A DNA stretch of 64,000 bases from Nemertoderma westbladi (lineage: Eukaryota; Animalia; Xenacoelomorpha). The notes under the pieces are model-generated. The model was given only the letters and a program-made list of their open reading frames with translations, was not told where the DNA came from and searched no databases. The DNA lies in contig JAUCBJ010008458.1 of NCBI GenBank assembly GCA_032718475.1, forward strand, positions 1 to 64,000, in the 5' to 3' direction. The position numbers and the translations under genes are program-made. Shown piece by piece: positions 1-10,460 of this stretch; position 1 is the stretch's first letter, and each line of letters begins with the position of its first letter.

Positions 1-184
1 ATCTTCGAGAGGAGTCGATGGCAATACTAACTCCCATTGGGCTGGTGGTTCTTGTTTCCACACTCTAGACTATTTACCACATGATTGGTGGTGGGTTGAT
101 ATTGGGTTTGACGACCTAACCATTGGTCTGGTTAATATCTACAATCGACAGGATTGTTGCGCCTTCCGAATTGTTGGTTCAAGG
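1..184 (+). CDS. Internal exon (truncated by the window start) of an F-type lectin/fucolectin-domain gene
   Basis: Frame 2 reads SSRGVDGNTNSHWAGGSCFHTLDYLPHDWWWVDIGFDDLTIGLVNIYNRQDCCAFRIVGSR. This contains the DGN..C.HT..WW.VD pattern and the fucose-binding H...RxDx4R motif. It ends at a phase-0 donor, AGG|GTAAGT, at 185. Confidence 0.9.
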
Positions 185-900
185 GTAAGTATGTACTTAT
201 ATCGTATAAATCATTTTACAATAGGCCGAGAGTGGTGTACCCACCCAGTACAATTGACATGTAGTACATCTAGCTGCTGCGACACCAAAATCTTGTGGAA
301 TGGCAAACAAGGAGGGTATTTGCCCTGAGAGCTGAGGAGAAATACAAACACTCTTAAGCCTCATTATGGAATACAACAATAATGCGGAAGTCTGATCATT
401 GGGAACCAGTGGAAAAATTATACCAAAATTGCATCACAAGCGCCAGTTATTACCTGATGACCTTTCTTGCCCAAACCCTGGGTCACCAAAGGTACCACGT
501 TGTACGGGGAATAAGGATACTAGAGCTTAAGGATACTCTAACATTCTACTCCAACTCACTCAGCAGTTAGTTGGTGAACATGAGACCTAGTTACTTAACT
601 AGCCTTAACCCTATTAAACCTGGGGGCGGGGGGGTCAATATGACCCACCCCGTGGTTTTTATATTATAATTCTGAAACAAGCGTAGTTGGGAATCTGAAA
701 TTTTATGACTTTTCCTAAAAATCTATTGTCTTCCTAGTAGTAAAAACCGTTTTCAAAAATATTGGGTAGTTTTCGAGTTATATAACCATTTTTTAACCCT
801 ACTTTTGGCACTTTTTTTGAGACGTTTTTTGAAAATTACATTTCATTAAATATTAACTGTAACATCTCTATTTTTGATTTACACCGGTTTTTTGGTGTTA

Positions 901-1181
901 AATAATAAATAATAAATAAATTTTCTTCGGCCACTAGGCCAGGGATTACGCACAAAGTCTGCCGACTTATTTCCAGTGCGGTCCCCCCAGAACTTTACTC
1001 CCCAGAGGAAACTCTAGTACTCATTTAGCTACCACTTAAGGATGCAAGGCAGAGATGCGCCCTGGCTGGTCCCTTTAAAGCATTCGTGCCGAAACGAAAA
1101 CTGCCCTGGCCCATGTGAGGATCGAACCCACGACCTACAGGAGATGTGAATTCAATGCAACCACTACACCAAGGTGGAACC
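901..1181 (-). mobile_element. tRNA-derived SINE with a Nin/Deu-like central domain
   Basis: Minus strand shows A box TGGTGTAGTGG, B box GGTTCGATCC, a central GCCTTGCATCCTTAAGTGGTAGCTAAATGAGTAC motif and an AT-rich simple tail. A 9-bp TSD, TTGGTGTTA, lies at 892-900 and 1182-1190. The insert is absent from MITE copy 2. Confidence 0.85.
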
Positions 1182-1634
1182 TTGGTGTTAGCAATTGGAT
1201 GGAATTCATATAAATTGATTTAGAAATTTCAAACTTGTTTTTTTCGGCGGGTGCCAAATTTTGGTGCCTGCACCAAATTTTGAAATATGTAAATTTTGTA
1301 AATTGATTGTTTGAAACTTGTTTTTTACGCAATTGGGGTTTTTTGGAGTTCTGGTTTCGAAGAAATATATACGAGTTGCACCAAGCGTCTCAAACTTGTA
1401 TTTTTCGGTGCTGTGTGCAAATTTTGGTGCTAGCACGAAATTTTGAAAATCCATTCAATAGATAAAATTGCTTGTGACAATTTATTTCTTGCATTTTAGA
1501 GGTTTATAGCTGTTCTGAATTCAATGGAATATATAATTATCGAACTAGATATCTCAAACTTGTATTTTTCGGAAGTGGGTGCAAAATGTGGTGCTAGCAC
1601 CAAATTTTGAAAACCATCAAATATTTCAATTGAT

Positions 1635-2765
1635 CTCGAAAGGCGTTGGTGGTCAAGTCTGTCACACGCTCTATATGGACAGCTCTGCTGGCCATGCAAG
1701 TGAAGATCAATCCCCAACGTTTTACCTGTACCCTTCCGCGTTTCGCGATTATGGGTCCAAAACAGTCTATCCCTGTCTCAGTGAAAGGGGGTCTAAAAGC
1801 TTGTAATCTCGCTAGTGGTAGTTCACTCATTTCTTGGTGTCCTATCCTCGCGTGCTCCTTCTTACAAATTATACAGTTCCGTGTTACCGAACTCAATGCC
1901 TTGCTAGGCGTAATCAGTACAAACCTCGATCGTAAGTGTGATAGGCAGTGATGTCTACCCACGTGTTTGAGTCGTACATGTGCGACGTGCGTCCAGTATC
2001 ATAGCGCGCTGTAACTCATGGTGTTGCGGTATGATGATAGGATACCTAAAGTCAAGTGCAAAGTCAATGTTCTGGAGTCTGGACTTGTGACAAAGTAAGC
2101 CCCTATAGATATTCGGACTCCAACTCAAAATCGGTGAAGACTTGATCTGTTTACCCTGATTGATCGCTGTGAACTCTCGTGCGAAATATCGCAATTGATA
2201 ATGTCGAATAATATCAACTTCACAAAGACCAACTTCCTCTAAGGTAAGTCTTCTAGGAAAGTCGCGTTTGCCTCTGGCATATTGTCTCAAACGTTTGAGC
2301 CATGCTAACTTGCGGCACGCGTCAGTCCATGATCTAGTTAGGTTTACTATCCTGTCAACGTAAGTGTTAGTGACGTCATCAGGTAAGGTATAGTCGTAAT
2401 GTGGATACTTGTTTGGACTTGGTAGGCCCACGGGCCTTCCGGTAGGTGTCTCCCTTTGTACAATAGGTTTGTCTGAGTCCTCAAGTATGTCAATCTGACA
2501 CGTATGTCAATCTGGCAGTAACGGTTTCAACTCTACAGTGCTAGTGTGTTCCTGTGAGCTCGTAAGCTTCCTAACTTTAGTCACAGGTTTACCTGTAGGT
2601 GGTAAGTCAAGTATTTTCTTTGAGCGGAGTGTGATCGCTGTGGCCACACCTTCGTCGTCCAAAGAAGTCAAATTCGGTAAGTTGTTAATACCTAATGGGT
2701 GTGTACTAGTCCGCTCCAATGAATTCATTGCGTCCTTATAATACACGTTGTTTCTTTCCAATGGA
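1635..2765 (-). mobile_element. BEL/Pao pol fragment (RNase H-integrase linker and start of integrase), without LTRs
   Basis: ORFs 1955-2431 and 1594-1962 carry SRLQN..YPIIIP, a CxxC zinc motif, PFTETGIDCFGP and FTCMASRAVHIE. Confidence 0.85.
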
Positions 2766-3779
2766 TGTTTCTTGCGTTATACGGGTTTGTTAGGGTTCTG
2801 AATTCAATGGAATCAGTAAAAATTTCATAAGAGTTTTCAAACTTGTATTTTTCGCCGGTGGGTGAAAATTGTTGTGCCAGCACCAAATTTTGGAAAATGA
2901 GTAAATTGATCAGTAGATAGTATCATCTTGTTTCTTGCGTTATACGGGTTTATGAGGGTCCTGAATCCGATGGAATCAATAAAAACGGCACTGGGCATCG
3001 CAAACTTGTACTTTTTGGTGATGGGTACGAAATTTGGTGCTAGCACCAAAATTTGCCAAATTACACCGAAAAATACAAGTAGCAATGATCTGGCATATTT
3101 GAAATGTATTCCATTAGAATCAGCGCCATAGAAAACCTGAAAATGTGAATCTATAGCATCGTATAAGTGAATTAAAAATTTTGTGTTCTAACTGAAAAGT
3201 GCTGGTTACTTTTGTTTTAATTTATTGTTTATTTATCGTTATTTTTGTAATTTTGTTCCTACGCAGAGAGGACTAAACAGCCATTTATGGTAATCATATC
3301 ATTTTTAAATCTTTTCCAATGTATTTTGCGCCCCAGAAAACCTGTTTTGAAAAACAATTAGCCGAAAAATGTAACTTTCAAATTTTGTGAAAATTGTGCA
3401 TACATGTAATTTTGGTGCTGCAATATTACCACCCCAGTACATTTTTTCGAAAATTTTTCTTTCGGTCGGATCCAGACTAGTGATACCTACGTACAAACAA
3501 AAAATCAGACGTTTTCGTTAATATTTGTAGATTTTAGAGGGATGGGTCAATATGACCCCCCCCCCCCCCCTCCCCTGTATTTGTACAGCATTTTATAGCC
3601 CGGTACTAATAGGGTTAAACTTAACCTCCTAACACGTTGGCCCTCACTGAAAAATGGCGAGTTGGCAGCTCTGACAGGTATGCTTTGCCTTCACTCAAGC
3701 AGAAGGAGTTCAAGAGCACCAAATTCAGACTGGTGCGGATCTCATTAGAGATACTGGAGGGTGTTGGCGACTTTCCCTC

Positions 3780-4506
3780 ACCATAGAAAACGACAGTGGA
3801 AATGGAGGATTTGGTTTTGTTAATGATTCCTTCCACATGAACCTTTTTATGGACAACATAGACTAAATCACCAACACTGCATCATCAGTTTCCACTTATC
3901 ATCTGTGGAGGACTGGCTAAAAAATAACTAAAGCTGGTTCTGATTGTGTAATATTCACCAAATTGTGTTCCTTAATAACAAAGGTTGGAATTTTCTCGCA
4001 CAATAGTCAAGCAGCTTCATTATGGAGTGGAAAGTCATGTATTCTTCACTTTTCTGTGTGATTTTAAAGCCAGTAAGTGGGATTTAAATTCTCAGCATTG
4101 CTGTTGGACTAAAGCGATAGTGTCAACCAATCGAAATTTAGTCCATCTTCAGGACTTCATCTTGGGAAATTGATAGTAGATCAAGTAGCGAATTTGAATA
4201 CCATGGATAGAACTGGACCCAGTGGTCTTACTACTACTAAACAGGCAATATACTGGTTCATAAAAAATACAGGAGATCTGTACAATAATGCACTAGAATA
4301 CAGTTAACCTCTTATCCCTCTTTGACCTTAGTCTTTTTGGTTAAGGTGAGACTTAATGTCCATGATATCAAATCTAACATTATGCCTTGCCACCACAGCA
4401 TGATCTGTTATCTCCATTACAACAGCTTAGTGTGAGATCGAGCTTCACAATGCAGATGAGCCACAGGTATGAGGCCATTGCCACAGCTGCAGAAACTATT
4501 CCTACA
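3780..4506 (+). mobile_element. Degraded RTE-like LINE fragment (endonuclease region)
   Basis: Clear nucleotide similarity to 16640-17289 and 22084-22215 (for example gtccatcttcaggact and gtgtgagatc..cttcac..cacaggtatgagg), with many stops. Confidence 0.65.
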
Positions 4507-4509
4507 GTA

Positions 4510-5258
4510 TGTATATTCGTTTTATTACTGTTACTAATGGTGTACGACAGGGGAGCCTTCTCAGCCCTCTTCTCTTTAATATCTATATGACGGAATTAAG
4601 TAGACGTTTAAACGACTCTTTTGTTGGTTGCAAAGTAGGTTCCATTATTATTAATAATCTTTTTTATGCAGACGATTTATGCAGTATGAATCAGATATGA
4701 AACGTATAATGTGCTCAATGTATTGTAGGGAAAACCAGATTGCTAGATTATTTTCGAATTGTTAATATGAAGTAAAGTTAACCTTATTTAGATCCTTCAG
4801 TTACAGCATGTACTGTTGTTCACTCTGGTCTATATTTCGTGTTGAGAATTTGCGCAAGGTTAAGGTAGCTTATAATACTGCTTTTAGATCACTTTTCAAA
4901 TATTCTAGAACTGAAGACTCTAGTGAAATTTTTGTAAATAATAGGATCAATACTTTTAGGGCTGTGCAGAGAAGTAATATTTTTTCTTTGCTACGACGTA
5001 TTGATGTTTCACAAAACATCATTATTCGTGCAATTGCTAACGTTTCTCCTCTCTCGGTGTTGCGCAAGAGGTGGTTAGTGGTGCTTGGGGTAACCTAAAT
5101 TTCTGATTTTGTATTTATTATGTTGTCTAGGAAATTTATATAATGTGGTCTGTATACTTCTACTACTTGTATGTATGTAATTAAATATATCTTGTACCTA
5201 CAATGGACCTATAGTGTCAGATTAAACAAAGATAATAATAATAATAATAATAATAATT
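4510..5258 (+). mobile_element. 5'-truncated non-LTR retrotransposon 3' fragment with a (TAA)n tail
   Basis: NGVRQGSLLSPLLFNIY...NNLFYADDL reverse transcriptase motifs, a downstream ORF at 4808-5098 and a (TAA)n tail at about 5233-5258. Confidence 0.8.
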
Positions 5259-6339
5259 AGGGTAGATCGAAAAAAAAAAATTTGGAAATGTAACTTTTCC
5301 CTATGTTAGAAATGTGTGAATTGCCTGAAACCACAAAAAAACATCACTATCCCAATTTTTGACAATGCAAGACCCCCGCACAATTAGTTCAAACAAACAA
5401 CATTTTTTACAAAACTATGTAAAATTAATTCATTTAGAAAGACATTTTTTTTTAAATATGACTTTTCTCAGTTCTAGAAGTGTCTGAAATGGCCTAAAAC
5501 CACAAAAAAACACATCTTTTCAAATTATTGACAATGCAAGACCCCTGCACGCACAAATAGTGCAAACAAACATAATTTTTGCTAAACTACAGTACAAAAC
5601 TATGTAATTATTAACTGTTAGACTGTGAGTAGCAGTTCTTTATTAACCAACCCAAATCCACCATGGCGGGAAATACTCTATACAGTAAATTACAACTTTT
5701 TAACCTCCAAAGACTAGGCCAACCGGAATGTTGAACTGCAAACGGAGCTGTACCTGCTAACACTTTAGAGCCGGCAACAGTACACATTACATACTACATA
5801 CTTATCCATATCCACTCTGACTCCACTTAATTTCAGTCTTAAATATAATTACACTTTATTCGAACTCAAGACAAGATGCTTCTTACAGTCTTAATGAAAC
5901 CCCAACCCACCTACTAGACTACCACTACTAAACCACCTACTAGACTGAGCTGCTAGATATACATTCTAATCATATTTAGACCTACTTCCATCCCCTGCTA
6001 CACTACATACTGTACCTATGTTCTATATTGAATTAAATATATTTTGTAGTGTTTTGGTTATTAATACTCATGACACTATGGAGCGGAATCAGCTTGTGTG
6101 GAAAGTTCAGCCCCACTTCTCTGATCTTGTCTCAGTGGATATATGTGATAGTGCTCCGCTCGGTAAACTTTCTGTTAACAATCGCTAAATAGTGAAGAAA
6201 TATTGTACATCTCTGATACTACTACTACTATAATCGGCCTGCTGCATTGCCGTCTTATCAAAAACATTTTGTCACCACCACCACCATGCAATCCACCAAT
6301 GCATCATGCATTACGAATGCTATGCTAAACGTAAGGGAG

Positions 6340-6800
6340 AGGCATGGGCTGGGGAGTATTGGATGTGCTTTCCAGGATTTGGAAGTCAAACTTCACACAG
6401 AATTCATCGGGAACCTTAGGTCCGATTATTTAGAGCAGCATTAGTTCCAGTACTCCTGTATGGTAGTCCATGCTGGGCTCTAACTGCTGAAGTCACTAAA
6501 TCTCTGGAGGACACTTTTACACGAATGCTACGCCGGATTCATTGTGTCCAGTACAATATACACATCTCCAACCAGACACTATATAACATTGGAGGTGTCC
6601 CATTGGTTCCCCAAGCTTAACACTAGAACAAAGCCACCCCCGCTTTGCAGGACATTGCTTTCGCCGTGAGGACCAGCCTGTGCACAATATTGTATTTTGG
6701 CAGCCCCATGGAGAGAATATGCATGGTGGATGGCCCGTGACTATCGTGAGACCCTGACTTGGATAGCCCATTGGTTGGTGTCAAGTAGATGCTTCGAGAT
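6340..6800 (+). mobile_element. RTE-like LINE 3' fragment
   Basis: Reads RLFRAALVPVLLYGSPCWALT..TFTRMLRRI and RFAGHCFRREDQPV. It is an inverted homolog of 6980-7400. Confidence 0.65.
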
Positions 6801-6979
6801 TCGAGTTAACATATACCTTTCACATGTCCATATAATGCTATGTTTATAAAATGCTTATCGTTTACATTGGGTGACCAAGAAGGAAGGGTCCAACAAGGAG
6901 GGAGGCCAAGGCGAAGGCTCCAAGAAACGAAAAGGACCAAGGAGGCTTCGAAAGAAAGTCATCTCAAGAAAGTCATGGG

Positions 6980-8080
6980 CTGTCCACCATGCTTAATCAC
7001 CCCATAAGGCTGCCAAAGTACAAGATTATGCACTGGCTGGTCCTCATGGGGAAAGCAATGTCATGCAAAGCGGAGGCGGCTTTGTTCTAGTATCAAGTTT
7101 GGGGAACCAATGAGACACGTCCAATAATATATAGTGTCTAATTGGATATCTGTGTGAACTCGGCGTAGCATTCTTGTGAATATGCCATCCAGAGATTTGG
7201 TGTCATCAGCAGTTTTAGCCCAGGATGGACTCCCATAGAGGAGCACTGGAAATACTGCTGCTCTAAATAATTGGACCTTAAGTTTCCGATTAATTCTATG
7301 TGACTTCCAAATCCTGGAAAGCCTATTCAGGGCTGCATATGCCTTTCCCTTGCGTATTCGAAGGTCCTCAACTGACTTCCGGATCCACGATCCTAGTTAA
7401 CAGAAGTCATCCACATGCTCGATCATACTATCCTTTGATCTTATGCTCATCCGATCAGAGACATGCTGAGGACTTTCAAAGTTAACTGTCCAAATTTTGG
7501 TCTTTTTGGAATTAATAAAAAGACCAACACTAGAAGCAGCCAAGGCAGTCATCTCACCTTGTCGCATTGGGGACCCGAGTGTTACAGTGTTAACTGAGGC
7601 TAGTCTAGTGACTTTCCTCAGATTCACCAATGGCTTGGTTGGTCGGGGTGGAATATAAAAGTAGCCTCCAGCTCCTGAATCCCTCTCCCCCTCACAATCT
7701 GGCCTCCCTGGTGAACCAGGTTTTGGGCCAGAAAGGTCATCAGGAAAGGGACTCACGGAATTGTTGGCTGCTCTCTCTCCAGAGAGACAGGCAGCCGGTC
7801 AGGAGATAACTGACGCCTGTGAGGCCAATTGTGTCCGGTAATTCCAGTGGCCTCTAGTGGCCGGTTCTCCGCATTGCTAATGTAATCCATACTGGAGGTT
7901 GGGGGTGCTTTTTTGCCGAGTCAGCTCTTGGGGCAAATACCACACCCTGGTTTGCCACTTCACAGGGTGGGTGTCGCAGTGGAATCAGATATGAGCCATA
8001 TGATTGCATTGGCTATGTAGCTCATCTGCTGGGCCATGCCCTGTACCCCTGCTGCCAGGTGCAGGTCGCAGTTGTGAACT
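6980..8080 (-). mobile_element. Internally deleted RTE-like LINE (5' UTR and endonuclease start fused to the RT C-terminus)
   Basis: ORF 7397-7756 joins RLASVNTVTL (endonuclease start) directly to GLFINSKKTK (RT end), followed by LLYGSPSW..RLRFA. The upstream UTR resembles ~270-600. Confidence 0.6.
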
Positions 8081-8168
8081 TATTTTTTGGAAATTTATGT
8101 ATATTTTTTTATCACTATAATTTAGTTATATTTAATTTTAATGGTATTATTGTGATTATTTACTTAAG

Positions 8169-8375
8169 GTACATGTTGTAAACAGCGTTTCAACGGCTTT
8201 GCTGAACGGCCTAAGAACGAATGGTGAACCTCTGTGCGGTACAGTACCAAATGGCAATGCGTTAACTCAAATTAACTGCAACGGAAAGAGAGGAAGATAT
8301 GTGGTCATTTTCACCGACAATGGTCATGCAATGAACATATGTGAAGTGATGGTTTACGCACACTTTTCCAATTAA
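8169..8375 (+). CDS. Last coding exon of the F-type lectin-domain gene
   Basis: Reads VHVVNSVSTALLNGLRTNGEPLCGTVPNGNALTQINCNGKRGRYVVIFTDNGHAMNICEVMVYAHFSN*, with the C..GRYV..CEV.V lectin C-terminus. 207 bp, phase 0. Confidence 0.88.
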   Translation, partial: VHVVNSVSTALLNGLRTNGEPLCGTVPNGNALTQINCNGKRGRYVVIFTDNGHAMNICEVMVYAHFSN

Positions 8376-8385
8376 TTTTGCTGGA

Positions 8386-8391
8386 AATAAA
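8386..8391 (+). promoter_or_regulatory. Candidate polyadenylation signal AATAAA
   Basis: Lies 10 nt after the lectin stop codon. Confidence 0.5.
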
Positions 8392-9829
8392 CCATTATAC
8401 ACAAATAGCACTCTTTATTTGGTGGACTTGTGTAACACATTTCATGTATCTCATCTTTGGTACACTTACTATATGGTCACTCGCAAATTTTTAGACTCAG
8501 GAGGTTCCGGAGTGAAGCAATGGGATGTTCTGATTGGACAATACTGAACCTCGATAAAACTCGCATAATTGAAATCGAAATTTTTCAATTCCCATTAGGA
8601 TTTGTCCACTACATAGTACTGTAGTTTCTTATTCTGTGAGACTCGAGATTCATTTTGTCAGGGGGTCTAGGAATTGGAAGTCCTGAAATTTTCCAATTCT
8701 CGCTAGGAATATCCCACAACGTATATTCTGTAGACCTACGCTTTGTACTGTAAATTATATAATAATATACTGAAACCAACTATTATTAAAAAGATCAAAA
8801 CTACATTTTCGGTGCAAAATTGTGGGTTTACAACGAGGAAATCGGGAGTTTGTCGCGACTGGAGCTCATATAGAACGTTTGAGAATTGCGTAACGTCATA
8901 TTATCTTGCATTATTTTATTTGATAATATTATAGTGATTTAGGCGTCATATTTTTATGTTAATATTGTTGATTATTTAGTTGAATTATCTCCATAAAGTA
9001 TCTTACATTGATTTATTATATTTATTTATGCTAAAGTTAAATGTATTTTATAGAATGTGTATTTATTAGGGAATATTTGATTTAATGTTTGGTGAGTTTC
9101 TAGTGGTATTTGGCAGTAATATTATTGCTTGGTGTAGGCTTCGTAATTATTGCATTAGTTGAGTATAGATTATTTTGTGTTGTAGTTACATTGAATTTAA
9201 TCATTATTAGCCTCTGGTGGTTGTATGGAGTAATCTGGGGGCCAATATTTTCCTTCTGGGAGTGAGATAGAGAGTGAGCGGGTATATTGGGAGAGAGGGC
9301 TGTTGCGCTGTCAGTCAGAGAGGTAACAGCCCGTGGGGTAAGGATTTACCTCTGGGACCTGTATTAGGCAAAATAGCAGTAGCTGTGTAGGCCCACCAGT
9401 ACTGTGCATGGTACATACACGAAATTTAGCCTACATCTGTAAAGAATACACGGTTTCGCGGTACAAGACCATATGTAAAATGCTCGCGTGAGTTCAGAGT
9501 TGCACAGATGTCAGGATGTGCTGATTCTATATCATGCACTAGGCCTAACGGATTCTGGTAGCCTGGAACTACCACTACAAAAACTGATGCGACAGAGCGA
9601 GGTGCCGTTTAGCCTAACATTTCTTGGCGGCTGGTCCGATAACACTCAACACATTGTTTGTTTGGACATTGACATCACCGGTATTGCATTACAGTGTACA
9701 TTATTACATACTGATTAGTATGGATTGAGAAATTGGATATATTTGGACGTCAATGGATGGATAGGTTTGGTTTGAGAAACTAATATCACGTAGGCCTACC
9801 TAATCATATCTTTGCGTTAATTATTACTA

Positions 9830-10158
9830 GATCCACTGGCCCCCAGCCACCTTCAACAAAGCATCATTGCTGGGGGGCACTCAACTGAGGGGGCGGAGCG
9901 CATTAAAAACTCTAAGTATCGCGACCTAGTGGACCGGGCCATTTCTTTCACCCCGTGGCCTTTGAGACCTTTGGCCGCCCTGGTCCAGAGACATCCACCT
10001 TCCTCCGGGAGATCGGGGCTCGTCTCCACAGTGCCACCCACGAACCGCGGTCACACCAGTTTCTGCTCCAGCGTATGGAGATGGCAATTTTTGTTGGTAT
10101 TGCAGCCTCAGTCATGGGGACAGCAACCACGCCGACCATCGGTCTATTTGGGCACTGA
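9830..10158 (+). mobile_element. CRE-like non-LTR retrotransposon 3' fragment (restriction-like endonuclease C-terminus)
   Basis: Reads AERIKNSKYRDL...AFETFGRPGPE...FLLQRMEMAIFVGIAASVMGT, with a frameshift. Confidence 0.7.
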
Positions 10159-10274
10159 AGAGCCGAAACCAATCGAAACTGTCGAAATGGTTGCCAATGG
10201 AGTCACCAACGGGATAACGGCCGAAGATATTCAATACTCTATCTTATGCAATCTCAAATATTCAATGTTCGATC

Positions 10275-10460
10275 CCTAGATGGGGCAGTACTGTTTGCGC
10301 ACAGTGCTTTAAATGCTGCAGCCTAGCCCAACCCCGGCTTTCATCCTTCAGTGGTCGATTGGGAACCAAGGCAACTTGGGAAACAGAGTGGAAGAAGGGT
10401 TTACTGTGGAAGATCACCCATGGTGGTGAACAGGCATTCCTTGGCTTAACGAGCCTAAAA
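10275..10460 (+). mobile_element. Degenerate SINE fragment with a Nin-like domain
   Basis: Contains ggctttcatccttcagtggtcgat, which resembles the central domain of the SINE at 901-1181. Confidence 0.4.

Larger units (their letters stand above)
609..3614. mobile_element. Non-autonomous piggyBac-like DNA transposon, copy 1, with two nested inserts
   Basis: TTAA|CCCTATTA...TAATAGGG|TTAA termini. Apart from inserts at 901-1181 and 1635-2765 it is the reverse complement of 34981-36534. Confidence 0.88.
185..8168 (+). other. ~8-kb phase-0 intron of the F-type lectin gene, filled with transposons
   Basis: GTAAGT donor at 185 and TTAAG acceptor ending at 8168. The flanking exons join in frame to complete one lectin domain. 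Confidence 0.8.

Noticed and set aside
1100-1181. tRNA gene
   Set aside because: The A/B boxes belong to a SINE head with a body, tail and TSD. The same applies to the tRNA-like heads at ~13687-13760 and ~31580-31640.
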